64,000 nucleotides of DNA from Nitrosopumilus sp. (GTDB taxonomy: Archaea; Thermoproteota; Nitrososphaeria; Nitrososphaerales; Nitrosopumilaceae), in assembly GCA_965238275.1 (NCBI GenBank), contig OZ250186.1, forward strand, positions 1,408,001-1,472,000, given 5' to 3'. The notes beneath the pieces were generated by a model that saw nothing but the letters and a program-made list of their open reading frames with translations, had not been told where the DNA came from and did no database searches. Positions 10,854 to 22,447 of this stretch are shown here, one piece after another. A program made the position numbers and the translations under genes. How positions within the stretch are numbered: position 1 is the first letter of the stretch; each line of letters starts with the position of its first letter.

Positions 10854-11798
10854 ATGCATACCGTGCTTGTTCCAAAGATAATCAACTTTGGCGATAATGC
10901 GCTTTCTGAGACCGAGTATCCAAAAAACGCCCTCATAGTCACGACCGTTCCTCCCGAACTCTCTGACAAGTGGCTGGCAAGAATGGGAATCCAGGACTAC
11001 ATGCTGTATGACCAGGTAAAGCCCGAACCCTCAATTGACGATGTCAATGCCGTCATATCACAGTTCAAGGACAAGAATCCGTCTGTCCTGATAGGGCTTG
11101 GCGGAGGCAGCTCCATGGATGTGGTAAAGTATGCCGCACCCGAGATGAAAAAGGAGAAGATCCTGGTTCCCACGACATTCGGGACGGGCGCAGAGATGAC
11201 TACCTACTGCGTACTCAAGTTTGACGGCAAGAAGAAGCTCTTGCATGACAACAGGTTTCTGGCAGACATGGCCGTCGTTGACTCGTATTTTATGAACGGC
11301 ACCCCCAAACAGGTCATTAAAAACTCCGTATGCGATGCATGCGCCCAGGCCACAGAGGGGTATGACAGCAAGCTTGGCAATGATCTTACCAGGACCCTGT
11401 GCAGGCAGGCATTTGACATACTCTACGATGCAATCATGAACGACAAACCCCAAAACTATCCTTACGGCTCGATGCTCTCCGGCATGGGATTTGGCAACTG
11501 CTCCACCACGCTAGGACATGCCCTGTCCTACGTCTTTTCAAACGAGGGCGTACCGCACGGCTACTCCCTTTCATCATGCACCACCGTTGCGCACAGGTAC
11601 AACAACTCCATCTTTTATGACCGGTTCAAGGAGGTCATGGACAAGCTTGGCTTTGACAGACTGGATCTCAAGGCAGACGTCTCAGAAGCTGCCGACGTTG
11701 TCATGACTGACAGGGGCCATCTGGATCCCAACCCGGTACCGGTATCCAAGGAGACTGTCGTAAAATGCCTTGTGGACATCAAGGCAGGCAACCTGTAG
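10854..11798 (+). CDS. iron-containing alcohol dehydrogenase family protein
   Basis: GLGGGSSMDVVK, VPTTFGTGAE, GHALS, VPHG. Confidence 0.88.
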   Translation: MHTVLVPKIINFGDNALSETEYPKNALIVTTVPPELSDKWLARMGIQDYMLYDQVKPEPSIDDVNAVISQFKDKNPSVLIGLGGGSSMDVVKYAAPEMKKEKILVPTTFGTGAEMTTYCVLKFDGKKKLLHDNRFLADMAVVDSYFMNGTPKQVIKNSVCDACAQATEGYDSKLGNDLTRTLCRQAFDILYDAIMNDKPQNYPYGSMLSGMGFGNCSTTLGHALSYVFSNEGVPHGYSLSSCTTVAHRYNNSIFYDRFKEVMDKLGFDRLDLKADVSEAADVVMTDRGHLDPNPVPVSKETVVKCLVDIKAGNL

Positions 11799-11987
11799 GT
11801 GCCATCCCTCTAGAAATAAAAAGTCTGCCTCATCATCCTTTTGCCAAACCGTGTTGGACCTGTCCCAAACGTGGCAGTTGGCGGTCTGCAGGGGCGGCAC
11901 ATCTGATTTTTTGATGCCATTGGGCAACAGGTTCTGGATTAACATCTGAGCAAACTTATTTATCCTCACGCTCCAAACCCTCTATAC

Positions 11988-13088
11988 TTGGCAGGAAGCA
12001 AGCTGAAATTTGGTATTCAAAACGGGCTCAATGTTGCGCGGGCAGGCTACACAGAGGATCAAATTCTGACTGCATGCATGCTTGCCGACAAGACCGGCTA
12101 TGACTCCATCTTTTACATGGATCACACCAACGTTCCGCAATGGAAGAAGGCGATTGTTCTGGACCCATGGGTAATGCTGTCTGCAATTGCAGCCGTAACC
12201 AACAACGTGGAGCTGGGAACGTGTGTCACTGACGCACTGCGGAGGCACCCGTCCAACATAGCGCTGGCAGCAATTACGCTTGACAGGATATCAAAGGGAC
12301 GGGCCATCCTTGGAATCGGCGCAGGCGAGGCTCAGAACCTCAAGGAGTTTTGCATTCCGTTTGAAAAGCCTGTCTCAAAGTGGGCAGAACAGATCGAGCT
12401 TATCCACACGCTGTACGAATCCACCCCTGACAACACCGTTGATTATGACGGGACCTACTACAATCTAGAGGGCGCATGCCTGCAGGCACCGCCAATCCGA
12501 AAGCCGCATCCCCCCACATACATGGCATCCGGCGGCAAACGGACGCTTGGACTTACAGGAAAGCTTGGCAACGGCTGGCTGCCCATCGGATACACGCCGG
12601 AACTCTTCGAGGATCACGCCAGCCTGATCAAAAAATCCATGGATGAAAACAACAGGACCCAGGAGGACAAGGACGACTTTGAATACGCCCTTGACATTGA
12701 CGTGTACTTTTCAGACGACGCAGAGGCGTCCTGGGCAAGGATGAAGGAGGCAGTAAAGGTGAGCCTCTTCAAGCCCGAGATCCTGAGGGTCCACGACATA
12801 CAGGACGTCGCAGGATTTGACTTTAGGAAATACTTTACCGAATACTCCATGTCCAACCAGGATTGGATAGTCAAGATGAGGGAGGCTGCAACAAAGATAC
12901 CCGACCCGGTTGCGCGCTCCTCGACTGCCGTGGGAACGCCTGACGATATCCTGCCTACCTTTGAGAGGTTCATGGATGCAGGCGTGAACCACTTTGTAAT
13001 CAGGTTCTGGGGCTCAAACTACTTTGGCTCCATCGACAAGTTTGCAAGCCACGTGATGCCTGCCCTGCGTGAAAGAGCAAGATGCTAA
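11988..13088 (+). CDS. luciferase-like (LLM) flavin/F420-dependent oxidoreductase
   Basis: YMDH, DPWVMLSAIA, TLDRISKGRAILGIGAG. Confidence 0.9.
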   Translation: MAGSKLKFGIQNGLNVARAGYTEDQILTACMLADKTGYDSIFYMDHTNVPQWKKAIVLDPWVMLSAIAAVTNNVELGTCVTDALRRHPSNIALAAITLDRISKGRAILGIGAGEAQNLKEFCIPFEKPVSKWAEQIELIHTLYESTPDNTVDYDGTYYNLEGACLQAPPIRKPHPPTYMASGGKRTLGLTGKLGNGWLPIGYTPELFEDHASLIKKSMDENNRTQEDKDDFEYALDIDVYFSDDAEASWARMKEAVKVSLFKPEILRVHDIQDVAGFDFRKYFTEYSMSNQDWIVKMREAATKIPDPVARSSTAVGTPDDILPTFERFMDAGVNHFVIRFWGSNYFGSIDKFASHVMPALRERARC

Positions 13089-13133
13089 TAAAACAGAAAA
13101 CCTATTTTATCTCTCATACACACTAATGGTATC

Positions 13134-13355
13134 GTGGACGACGAGGATCTAAAGAAGTGCCTTGACATGCTTGATGACACTGTGGACTTTCTTGCAGACC
13201 TTGAGCTGGAACTCAAAGACGAGCAGAAAGACGAGCTGGCTGCCGATGTGGGCCTGCATGAACTGTACGACATGGCAGAAGATGTTGCAGAATCGGCAAG
13301 ACTTGGACGTGCAGAGTTTATGCTTGGCAGACGGCAGGCAGAGGAATCCCTGTGA
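13134..13355 (+). CDS. acidic helical hypothetical protein
   Basis: 73-aa ORF with host-like codon usage between two genes. Confidence 0.55.
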   Translation: MDDEDLKKCLDMLDDTVDFLADLELELKDEQKDELAADVGLHELYDMAEDVAESARLGRAEFMLGRRQAEESL

Positions 13356-13398
13356 CCGGACTCTGAATTTATTAACCAAGCCCTCCCAATGATGCTCG

Positions 13399-14031
13399 TT
13401 GCAGCTAAAGGGGATCCTGCAGATGCGCTCGCAGGAAAAGATAAGGGAGTTTCTCAACGCCGAGCACGTGGGAAGGATCTCCACTATCGACTCGGACGGA
13501 TTCCCGCAGACAATCCCGATGAACTTTGTGTACCTGAATGGCGTCGTCTACATGCACTCCCACGTGAGGGGGGAGAAGCTGGACAACATATCCAGGAATG
13601 GCAGGGCGGGATTCGAGGTGGACCGGGAGCTGGAGTTTCTTCCATCATACTTTGAGGATCCGCACGATGCCTCCCTTGCCGACACCCTGTACGTCAGCGT
13701 GGTAATCAAGGGAATGGCCTCAATCGTCACTGACCGGGAGGAAAAGACGCTTGCACTCAACGGCCTGATGGAAAAGTACCAGCCAGAGGGCAGGTACGAG
13801 CCGATCCGGCCGGAGATGGGAGTGCTGGATACAGTAAGCGTAATTAGAATATCCCCGCACACGCTGCGCGGCAAGTACAAGATCGGCCAGCAACTGCGCC
13901 CCGGCAGGCGCCTTGCGCTGGCGCAGAAGATCCTCCAAAGGGGGTCGACAACTGCGCTCAAGACTCTGGAGATAATGGGCTTTGAGGTAGTCGACGGCGA
14001 GCCCGTGATGGCCAGCGAGCCTAAATGGTAG
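13399..14031 (+). CDS. pyridoxamine 5'-phosphate oxidase-like flavin-binding protein (NimA-like)
   Basis: VGRISTID..FPQTIPMNFV, GEKLDNI, YVSVVIKG, GKYKIGQ. Confidence 0.85.
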   Translation: MQLKGILQMRSQEKIREFLNAEHVGRISTIDSDGFPQTIPMNFVYLNGVVYMHSHVRGEKLDNISRNGRAGFEVDRELEFLPSYFEDPHDASLADTLYVSVVIKGMASIVTDREEKTLALNGLMEKYQPEGRYEPIRPEMGVLDTVSVIRISPHTLRGKYKIGQQLRPGRRLALAQKILQRGSTTALKTLEIMGFEVVDGEPVMASEPKW

Positions 14032-14100
14032 ATAGGGGTTTGGCCGGTTCTGCGAGTTTGGCAATAGTTAGAGATAAGTTTTGTATCCCCAGCAACATCT

Positions 14101-16056
14101 GTGTTGAGACGCGCCACCAAATTTGAGCTGGTATCAAAGTATGCGCCAGCAGGCGATCAGTCAGAGGCCATAGACTCGCTTGTCCGGGGAGTGAAGAAGA
14201 GAGCAGTCCAGACGTTGCTCGGTGTGACCGGCAGCGGCAAGACGTTTTCGATTGCCAACGTGATTGCACGGACAGGAAAAAACACCCTCATAATATCCCA
14301 CAACAAGACGCTTGCCGCGCAGCTGTACTCGGAACTCAAGCAGTTCTTTCCAAAGAACAACGTGGGATACTTTGTATCCTACTATGACTACTACCAGCCC
14401 GAAAGCTACCTTCCACAGACTGACACCTACATTGAAAAGGACACCCAGATTAACGAAGAGATAGAAAGGCTGCGCCTAGAGGCCACGGCAATGTTGTGCT
14501 CCGGGGAGCCGACAGTCATCATATCCACAGTCTCGTGCATCTACTCCCTTGGCAATCCCGATGACTGGGACGGCATGGCAGTTCGGGCGGGATCCGACGA
14601 AGAGATACGCCGAGACGACCTGATCAAGAAACTCATCGACGCAGGATACGAGCGCAACGACATCGAGATAGCCCCTGGAAACTTTCGGGTAAAGGGTGAT
14701 ACCATCGATATCGTCCCTGCATACCATGCAGATATAGTGCGGGTGTCGATGTTTGGCGACCAGATAGAGAGGCTCACGCTCCTTGACCACGTCTCCCTTG
14801 CAGAAAAGAGGCGGGTTCCGTCCGTGACCATCTTTCCTGCGCGGCACTACATTATACCCGACCACGTCCGGGACGGGGCAATCAAGACGATTCGAAATGA
14901 GCTGGAGAGTAGGTTGCCGGAGCTGCGCGAACTGGAGCGACAGCGGCTTGAGATGAGGACCAAATATGATCTCGAGATGATAGAGGAGCTGGGGTTCTGC
15001 TCTGGAATAGAAAACTACTCCCGGCACTTTGACGGCAGAGCGCCCGGGGAGAAGGCATTTTGCCTGCTGGACTTTTTCAAAGACGACTACCTCTTGGTAA
15101 TCGACGAGTCCCACGCAACCCTGCCACAGATTCACGGGATGTACAAGGGAGACTATTCCAGAAAGAGGGAGCTTGTCACGTACGGGTTCAGGCTACCCAG
15201 CGCATACGACAACCGCCCGTTAAAGTTTGAAGAGTTTGAATCATACATCAGAAACACCATCTTCGTCTCTGCCACCCCTGCAGTGTACGAGAGGGACAAC
15301 TCGTCGCAGATAGTTGAGCAGCTGGTGCGGCCCACAGGACTTGTCGACCCGCCCGTGGTGATTAGGCCCAAGGATGGACAGATAGACGACCTCATATCTG
15401 AGATCAAGAAAAGGGCTGCCGTCTCAGAGCGCGTACTCATCACCACCCTGACCAAGAGGATGGCAGAGGATCTGGCCGAACACCTCTCAAAGAGGGATAT
15501 CCGCGTCCGGTACCTGCATTCGGAGATAAAGGGGCTGGAGAGGACCGAGATCATAAGGCAGCTGCGCCTTGGAGAGTTTGACGCGCTGGTGGGAATCAAC
15601 CTTCTCCGGGAGGGCTTGGACATACCGGAAGTCTCACTGGTTGCGATATTTGACGCCGACAAGGAGGGATTCTTGCGGGGTGCTATTAGCCTGATTCAGA
15701 CGTTTGGTCGCGCTGCAAGAAACCTCAACGGTGCCGTCATAATGTATGCCGAAACCATCACGCAGTCGATGCAAAAGGCAATCGACGAGACTGACAGGCG
15801 CCGGGAAATACAGGTGCAGTACAACCAGCAGCACGACATTACCCCTACAACCATCACAAAGCCGATACCCGAAAAGGTGACTGACATTGACGACTTTAAG
15901 CTCAAGCCCTCGCACGACATCAAGGCCGACATCAAATTGCTCCGGGAGCAGATGGAGGCGTACTCCAAGGCGCTGAACTTTGAAAACGCCATCGAATGCC
16001 GGGATAGACTAAAAAGACTTGAAAAGGAACTTCAAAGCCGAGATGACAGAAAATAA
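14101..16056 (+). CDS. uvrB: excinuclease ABC subunit B
   Basis: [45 protein letters not shown]-terminal UVR domain. Confidence 0.98.
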   Translation: MLRRATKFELVSKYAPAGDQSEAIDSLVRGVKKRAVQTLLGVTGSGKTFSIANVIARTGKNTLIISHNKTLAAQLYSELKQFFPKNNVGYFVSYYDYYQPESYLPQTDTYIEKDTQINEEIERLRLEATAMLCSGEPTVIISTVSCIYSLGNPDDWDGMAVRAGSDEEIRRDDLIKKLIDAGYERNDIEIAPGNFRVKGDTIDIVPAYHADIVRVSMFGDQIERLTLLDHVSLAEKRRVPSVTIFPARHYIIPDHVRDGAIKTIRNELESRLPELRELERQRLEMRTKYDLEMIEELGFCSGIENYSRHFDGRAPGEKAFCLLDFFKDDYLLVIDESHATLPQIHGMYKGDYSRKRELVTYGFRLPSAYDNRPLKFEEFESYIRNTIFVSATPAVYERDNSSQIVEQLVRPTGLVDPPVVIRPKDGQIDDLISEIKKRAAVSERVLITTLTKRMAEDLAEHLSKRDIRVRYLHSEIKGLERTEIIRQLRLGEFDALVGINLLREGLDIPEVSLVAIFDADKEGFLRGAISLIQTFGRAARNLNGAVIMYAETITQSMQKAIDETDRRREIQVQYNQQHDITPTTITKPIPEKVTDIDDFKLKPSHDIKADIKLLREQMEAYSKALNFENAIECRDRLKRLEKELQSRDDRK

Positions 16057-18898
16057 GCTGAAGGTTCGCGGAGCCAGGCACCACAACCTGAAAAACTTGG
16101 ACGTGGAGATTCCCAAAAACAGCCTGGTGGTGATCAGCGGGCTTTCCGGCTCCGGCAAGTCGACGCTTGCATTTGACACCATATATGCCGAGGGGCAAAG
16201 GCGCTACGTCGAGTCCCTTTCTGCCTACGCCCGGCAGTTTCTGGAGATGATGGACAAGCCCGACGTCGATTCCATCGAGGGCCTCTCGCCTGCAATATCC
16301 ATCCAGCAAAAGACCACCAGCAAGAACCCGCGCTCCACGGTAGGAACCACCACCGAGATTTACGACTACATGAGGCTGCTTTTTGCACGAATCGGCACCC
16401 CGCACTGCACAAACTGTGATCGGCAGATATCCAGCCAGTCAGTCGAGACCATATGCGACTCCATTTTGCGGGACTTTGCAAAAAAGAAGATTCTGGTTCT
16501 TGCGCCGCTCATCCAGAGAAAGAAGGGAACGCACGAAAAGATCTTCGAGCAGATCAAACGCGACGGCTACTCGCGCATGCGGGTGGACGGAGAGGTGCTC
16601 GGGCTTGACGAGCCGGTCTCGCTGGAAAGGCAAAAGTGGCACAGCATTGAGATTGTAGTGGACAGAATCAAAGTGACGCGCCCCGAGCGCTCCAGGCTGT
16701 TTGAGGCAGTCCAGACTGCGATAAACGCATCCAAGGGCGACGTTATCATCGCGTCTGACGGCACCGAGGCGATATTTTCACAGCGAAACGCCTGCCCGCA
16801 CTGCGGGGTCACCGTGGGGGATTTGGAACCGAGAAACTTTTCGTTCAACTCGCCTTTTGGCATGTGCAAGGCCTGCAGCGGGCTGGGGGTGAACATGGAG
16901 TTTGATCCGGACCTGGTGATTCCGGACAAGACACTCTCCCTTACCACGGGGGCGATTGCCCCGTGGAATACAAGATACTCGTCACACTACATGAGTGCAG
17001 TAGCACATCTGGCCAGCAGGCACGGCATCTCGATTAGGGCTCCGATGGAACAGCTGGACTCTGAAAGTCTTGGGATAATCCTTTACGGCTCGAATAATCA
17101 GCCCGGGAACGGGAATGGCCACGGGAGTGGTGAAGGTTACGGAGACGGCGGCAGCAGCAGTGGCGAAACCGACGGGTGGTACCCCAGCATGTCTGACGGC
17201 GTGCTCTCACACCTCAAAAGGAGTTTTGCAGGAACCGACTCTGAGGCAAAACGCCTCTGGCTCAGGCAGTTCATGATGGAGACGCTGTGCGATTCCTGCC
17301 GCGGGCGCAAGCTCAACCCCGAATCCCTCAACGTCAGGATCAACGGCAAGGGAATCATGGATGTCTGCGACCTGCCAATTGATCAGTGCCTTGACTTTTT
17401 CGGCACCATAAAACTTACCGACACCGAGGCGTACATAGCGCGCGACATCCTCAAGGAGATACGCGAGCGCCTCGAGTTTCTGCTCAACGTGGGGCTCAAC
17501 TACCTTACGCTAAACCGGTCAAGCGCCACGCTCTCCGGCGGCGAGTCCCAGCGGATACGGCTGGCAACGCAGATAGGCTCAAACCTTACCGGCGTGCTAT
17601 ACGTGCTTGACGAGCCGACCATCGGACTGCACCAGCGCGACAACCGGCGCCTGATAAAGACACTCAGCAAGCTGCGAAACCTGGGAAACACGGTAATCAT
17701 AGTGGAACACGACGAGGAGGTCATACGAAGCTCGGACTGGATAGTGGATCTGGGGCCGGGAGCCGGGGTGCACGGGGGAAGCGTCGTCTTTGAGGGCAAG
17801 ATTGAGCAGATACTTGACAGCGACACGTCCGTGACCGGCAGGTATCTTGACGGCAGGTCTTCCATAACCCTAAAGGACAGGATCCGCAACCGGTCAGGCT
17901 CCCTGGTAATCAAGAACGCATCAGAGAACAACCTCAAGGGAGTGGACGTTGAGATTCCGCTGGGGCTGTTTGTCTCAGTTACCGGCGTCTCAGGGTCAGG
18001 CAAGTCCAGCCTGGTAAACGGCATCCTGCTAAAGTCCCTGATGAAACATTTCTACAAGTCAAGCCCCAGGCCGGGCAGGCATGATGAGATAACAGGCCTG
18101 CACGACATCGACAAGGTGATTGCAATTGACCAGTCCCCAATAGGCAGGACGCCGCGCTCAAACCCGGTGACATACATCGGCGCGTTTACCCCGATAAGGG
18201 ATCTCTATGCGCACACCGAGCTCTCAAGGAGGCGCGGATACGCTCCCGGCCAGTTTTCATTTAACGTGCATGCCGGACGATGCTTTGCCTGCAGCGGAAA
18301 CGGCGTAAAGCAGATCGAGATGCAGTTCCTCTCAGACGTCTTTGTGCGGTGCAACGAATGCATGGGAAAGCGGTACAGCTCCGAGACGCTCTCCGTGCTG
18401 TACAAGGGCAAGAACATATCAGATATCCTGGGCATGACCGTGTACGAGGCGCTGCAGTTCTTTGAAAACGTGCCCCCAATCAGGAAAAAGCTCCAGACCA
18501 TATACGACGTCGGACTGGGATACATCAAGCTGGGCCAGTCCTCGACTACCCTGTCAGGCGGCGAGGCGCAGAGGGTAAAACTGGCATCGGAACTCTCCAA
18601 GACCAATACCGGCCGGACGCTGTACATACTCGACGAGCCCACGACCGGCCTGCACTTTGCAGACGTTCAAAACCTGCTAGACGTGCTCAACCGCTTGGTA
18701 AACATGGGCAATACGGCAGTGGTAATAGAGCACAACATGGATGTTATTCGGAACTCTGACTGGATAATCGATCTGGGGCCTGAAGGCGGCGACGAGGGGG
18801 GGCAGATAGTCTGCACCGGGACGCCAGACGATGTTGCACGGGCCCCGGGAAGCTATACCGGCCGATACCTCAAGAAGATGCTAAAAAATGCCCTTTGA
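16043..18898 (+). CDS. uvrA: excinuclease ABC subunit A
   Basis: Two ABC ATPase domains ([21 protein letters not shown] twice) and zinc fingers. Confidence 0.98.
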   Translation: MTENKLKVRGARHHNLKNLDVEIPKNSLVVISGLSGSGKSTLAFDTIYAEGQRRYVESLSAYARQFLEMMDKPDVDSIEGLSPAISIQQKTTSKNPRSTVGTTTEIYDYMRLLFARIGTPHCTNCDRQISSQSVETICDSILRDFAKKKILVLAPLIQRKKGTHEKIFEQIKRDGYSRMRVDGEVLGLDEPVSLERQKWHSIEIVVDRIKVTRPERSRLFEAVQTAINASKGDVIIASDGTEAIFSQRNACPHCGVTVGDLEPRNFSFNSPFGMCKACSGLGVNMEFDPDLVIPDKTLSLTTGAIAPWNTRYSSHYMSAVAHLASRHGISIRAPMEQLDSESLGIILYGSNNQPGNGNGHGSGEGYGDGGSSSGETDGWYPSMSDGVLSHLKRSFAGTDSEAKRLWLRQFMMETLCDSCRGRKLNPESLNVRINGKGIMDVCDLPIDQCLDFFGTIKLTDTEAYIARDILKEIRERLEFLLNVGLNYLTLNRSSATLSGGESQRIRLATQIGSNLTGVLYVLDEPTIGLHQRDNRRLIKTLSKLRNLGNTVIIVEHDEEVIRSSDWIVDLGPGAGVHGGSVVFEGKIEQILDSDTSVTGRYLDGRSSITLKDRIRNRSGSLVIKNASENNLKGVDVEIPLGLFVSVTGVSGSGKSSLVNGILLKSLMKHFYKSSPRPGRHDEITGLHDIDKVIAIDQSPIGRTPRSNPVTYIGAFTPIRDLYAHTELSRRRGYAPGQFSFNVHAGRCFACSGNGVKQIEMQFLSDVFVRCNECMGKRYSSETLSVLYKGKNISDILGMTVYEALQFFENVPPIRKKLQTIYDVGLGYIKLGQSSTTLSGGEAQRVKLASELSKTNTGRTLYILDEPTTGLHFADVQNLLDVLNRLVNMGNTAVVIEHNMDVIRNSDWIIDLGPEGGDEGGQIVCTGTPDDVARAPGSYTGRYLKKMLKNAL

Positions 18899-20474
18899 CA
18901 TATCTGGCGTTGCAATACCCACGGATCCGGGAATCTACCTGATGAAGGACTCGGGCGGGACGACAATCTACATCGGCAAGGCAAAGAATCTCCGGAACCG
19001 CGTGAAATCCTACTTTGTAAAGAACCAAAACTACAAGACGCAAAAGCTGGTCCAGAACATATCTGCAATCGAGTTTGTCCTGACTGACAATGAAAGCGAA
19101 GCGTTCCTGCTGGAGTCCAACATGATAAAGCGGCACCGTCCGCGCTTCAACATAGAGCTAAAGGACCAGCAGAGGTACACGTACCTCCGGGTCTCTGATG
19201 AAAAATACCCCAGACTGCTGGTTGCAAGACGCACCAGGGACGGGAAATTTCTGGGCAAGGGCAAGACGTTTGGCCCGTTCACGCAGGGCAGCTCCAAGCT
19301 GCTGACCATCGGCGCGCTGCGCAAGGCGTTCCAAATCCGAATCTGCAAGACCCTCCCAAAGAAGGTGTGCCTGGAGTACCACCTGGGAAACTGCGAAGGG
19401 CCGTGCGAGTTTGAAGGCGCCCAGGAGAGGTATCCTGGGCATGTGGCAGCCCTTGAGGAGGTCCTCAAGGGAAAGGATCAGACCAGAATATTCATGGAGA
19501 AGATGCAGGCCGAGATGCTCCAGGCAGCAGAGCAGGAACACTTTGAGCGCGCAAAGGAGATACGCGACACCCTGATCAGGCTTGGAAGCCTGCAGTCCGG
19601 GCAGAAGATGGAGTATGTCAAGAACTCAGACGAGGAGTACTTTGGCATGGGAATCGAGGATGATGCCGCCACTGTCATGAACTTTAGGATGATTAACGGC
19701 GTCATCCGGGACAGCGACAAGTTCTTCTTTGACATGGTGGGCGACAACTCCCTTTCAAACTTTCTTTACCAGTACTACTCCACCCACAAGATACCCCGGT
19801 TCGTACTGCTCAGCGAACCCCTGCAGAATCGCGACCTGATGGAGTCCCTGCTGTCTGAGAAGGCAGGGTTCCGGGTACAGATACTGGTTCCGGCCAGGGG
19901 AAAGCGCAGGGAGATAATAGACCTGATTCTAAGGAACGTCCGGCTCATCCAGTCAAAGAGCGGCGAGCCGGGGCTTGCAGAGCTAAAGGAGATTCTTGAT
20001 CTTCCCACCATGCCCCGCGTGATTGAGTGCTTCGACATATCAAACCACGGCACGGACTTTGCGGTGGGCTCCATGTCAAGCTTTGTAGGCGGCAAGCCAA
20101 ACAAGTCCGGGTACCGGAAGTTTCGAATCAGGACAGTCTCTGGCAGGGACGACTTTGCGATGATTGCAGAAGTAGTCAAGAGAAGGTACCACCGGCTGCT
20201 CAAGGAGGGCTCTGATCTGCCGGATCTTGTGGTGATTGACGGCGGCAGGGGCCAGCTCAACGCGGCCCTGAACTCGCTGACGTCCCTGGGGCTCAAACTG
20301 CCGTGCATATCGCTTGCAAAGGAAAACGAGGAGGTCTATGTTCCAAGGCGGCCCAGCCCCGTGGTGATACCCCGGGAGAATCCCTCGCTGAAGATACTGC
20401 AGCATGCGCGTGACGAGACACACAGGTTCGGGGTGGCCTACAACAGGACCATCAGAAAAAACCAGATTAAATAA
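18888..20474 (+). CDS. uvrC: excinuclease ABC subunit C
   Basis: GIY-YIG (PGIYLM..IYIGKAKNLR), IECFDISN, IDGGRGQ, RDETHRF; no HhH tail. Confidence 0.97.
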   Translation: MPFDISGVAIPTDPGIYLMKDSGGTTIYIGKAKNLRNRVKSYFVKNQNYKTQKLVQNISAIEFVLTDNESEAFLLESNMIKRHRPRFNIELKDQQRYTYLRVSDEKYPRLLVARRTRDGKFLGKGKTFGPFTQGSSKLLTIGALRKAFQIRICKTLPKKVCLEYHLGNCEGPCEFEGAQERYPGHVAALEEVLKGKDQTRIFMEKMQAEMLQAAEQEHFERAKEIRDTLIRLGSLQSGQKMEYVKNSDEEYFGMGIEDDAATVMNFRMINGVIRDSDKFFFDMVGDNSLSNFLYQYYSTHKIPRFVLLSEPLQNRDLMESLLSEKAGFRVQILVPARGKRREIIDLILRNVRLIQSKSGEPGLAELKEILDLPTMPRVIECFDISNHGTDFAVGSMSSFVGGKPNKSGYRKFRIRTVSGRDDFAMIAEVVKRRYHRLLKEGSDLPDLVVIDGGRGQLNAALNSLTSLGLKLPCISLAKENEEVYVPRRPSPVVIPRENPSLKILQHARDETHRFGVAYNRTIRKNQIK

Positions 20475-20606
20475 AAAAAGAAACAATACCGTGATTTTCC
20501 ATGATGCAAAACGCATGTATGGCAGGACATCATAAATTCCTGCGCACAACAGCAGCAGCAGCACTGATATTAAAAACCATTCTGGCTGATAAATTTTATC
20601 AAATTA

Positions 20607-20665
20607 GGTTCTGTTACCTTGGCGGGGGGCAAGTTTGCGTGTTACATTTCGGGGGGGGGGAAGGT
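20607..20665. repeat. dispersed repeat copy 2 (IS6-like end motif)
   Basis: GGTTCTGTTACCTTGGCGGGGGGCAAGTTTGCGTGTTACATTTCGGG matches 3991-4083. Confidence 0.7.
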
Positions 20666-20889
20666 GATGAAACTTTGCTGGTACGCACGTGCCCCGACCA
20701 GGCTCAGGCAACTGTAAGACGCACCAATAAAGAGTCAACGATTTGGTAGCCAGGCTATTCTGAACAATATCCTTTTCAAATTTTTGATAATCATGTCATC
20801 CAGCGAGCTTGTAGGATCCAATCCAGCCGCATGTGCTATCCGCCACGTGTCACCAATGTTAATAGATATGATTTAAAATCAAAACAGTC

Positions 20890-21208
20890 ATGAGAGTGTC
20901 CGTCAAGGGAACACCAGAGTTTGCGAAATTTTTTCAATCGTTGAACAAAACAGACAAGACATACAAAGAGTTAGATGTAATTTTAGAAGCGCTTGCAGAA
21001 AATCCAAGACTGGGAGACATGATAAGATTTGAATTGATTCCAAAACCGCTCAAGAAAAAAATATCCTGATCTGGACAACCTGTTGCGGGTAAGGGTAAAC
21101 AGGGATCGGCGACTACTGTATACGCTGGTAGGATGGCCACAAAACAAAACAGTGTATGTCCTGATGTCTATGTCACACAAGGAATATGACAAGTTGTTTG
21201 GATACTGA
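20890..21208 (+). pseudogene. RelE-like type II toxin, frameshifted at an A7 run
   Basis: MRVSVKGTPEF...LIPKPLKKK then stop; removing one A at 21055-21061 continues as YPDLDNLLRVRVNRDRRLLYTLVG...HKEYDKLFGY*. Confidence 0.75.
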
Positions 21209-21493
21209 CTATTTGAGTGGAATTGAATTCTTTTCCAGATCAACTAGACCCGGCTTGTTTTTCGCAAAGATCCAGAATACCGCCCCATTCTTGTCATAAG
21301 ATATTTTGTTTGATTCTTCCAAATACGTCAACACTTTCTTGAAGGTGGCATGCTGTACACCGCGTGGCAGTGCCCCATACAGTTCTGTTACGGTTCTAAA
21401 ACCGTGATTTTTTTCAATCGTTTGCTCTATCATCTGTATGGTATCCAGATTTGGACTATGGCTTTTCTTCTTGAGCGCAGCGGTTTTACTCAC
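21209..21493 (-). CDS. small winged-helix protein, possible antitoxin
   Basis: SPNLDTIQMIE...ELYGALPRGVQHATFKKVLTYLEESNKISYDKNG wHTH pattern. Confidence 0.75.
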   Translation of the reverse strand: MSKTAALKKKSHSPNLDTIQMIEQTIEKNHGFRTVTELYGALPRGVQHATFKKVLTYLEESNKISYDKNGAVFWIFAKNKPGLVDLEKNSIPLK

Positions 21494-21809
21494 ACAGTAT
21501 AATGTACATTAATGTATATATACATTATTGTATATAATGGATAACCCCGATGAGACTCATCTGGTAAACTTTCAACGCACATAAGACTATGAGGCCTCTT
21601 GCTAAGCATCACATCCTGTTAGCTCTTCGGCTGGCTGGGGTATCCGTTTGAGAACTTTGGCGCGTCAGTGTGGATTGGTGCCAAGGCGACAGAAAATTCC
21701 ATGTCCGTTGTGAGAAGACAGGTGCATCCAACACCACCCATGGTGGAATAATTAATCCATATTGTCTATATCTTTTGAATGCAACGTTTATGATCATGTA
21801 TTAAAAAAG

Positions 21810-21998
21810 ATGCCCATGACAGAGTCATGCACCGCCTTTACAAACCTGGTCGACGGGCTAGTGGAATTCTCCGGGGATGATCCGGAACTGCTCAAAGAGA
21901 TACGGTGGCTTGACGAACAGGCACGGCAAAAGCACATCTCGTTTTACGACATGGTCTTTGAAGTACTGTATCGGCATGATCAGAGCCCTGAATTATAA
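21810..21998 (+). CDS. small conserved hypothetical protein (ISFYD motif)
   Basis: DPELLKEIRWLDEQARQKHISFYDMV. Confidence 0.65.
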   Translation: MPMTESCTAFTNLVDGLVEFSGDDPELLKEIRWLDEQARQKHISFYDMVFEVLYRHDQSPEL

Positions 21999-22447
21999 AT
22001 CCTCCAAAATCACGCACACCCTGAATTTAAAACAGGCTTGCCGGCAGTCTGCAGGATCTGTACCTTATTTTAAAATTCATTTTATAAAATCCGGTTTTAA
22101 TACACATATTTTTCATAATGCCGCGCACAAATCCTGATACCATCTGATTATTTGTGACAGTGATGCCCTGCCCGCGGCATCGTTTCTGCAATATTTGACA
22201 AATTTCAGCCGGTTTGGATTGGTTTTGGTGGCAAAATGTCGTTCATTTTGTATGTCTGCTGCGTGTCCGGTCAGCAGAATGGATCAAAAACAGCCGTGCC
22301 TGAAATCCGAGATGCTTCGGCAGGAATAATTTCATCACACCGGGGAAAAATCCCTCCACAAACATGTCTGCCCACCGGATGTCCCCAAATATCGCCGGTC
22401 AACTCTGCAGGCATGTGCGGTGCCTGACCACAAGATCCGCCGGGGAA

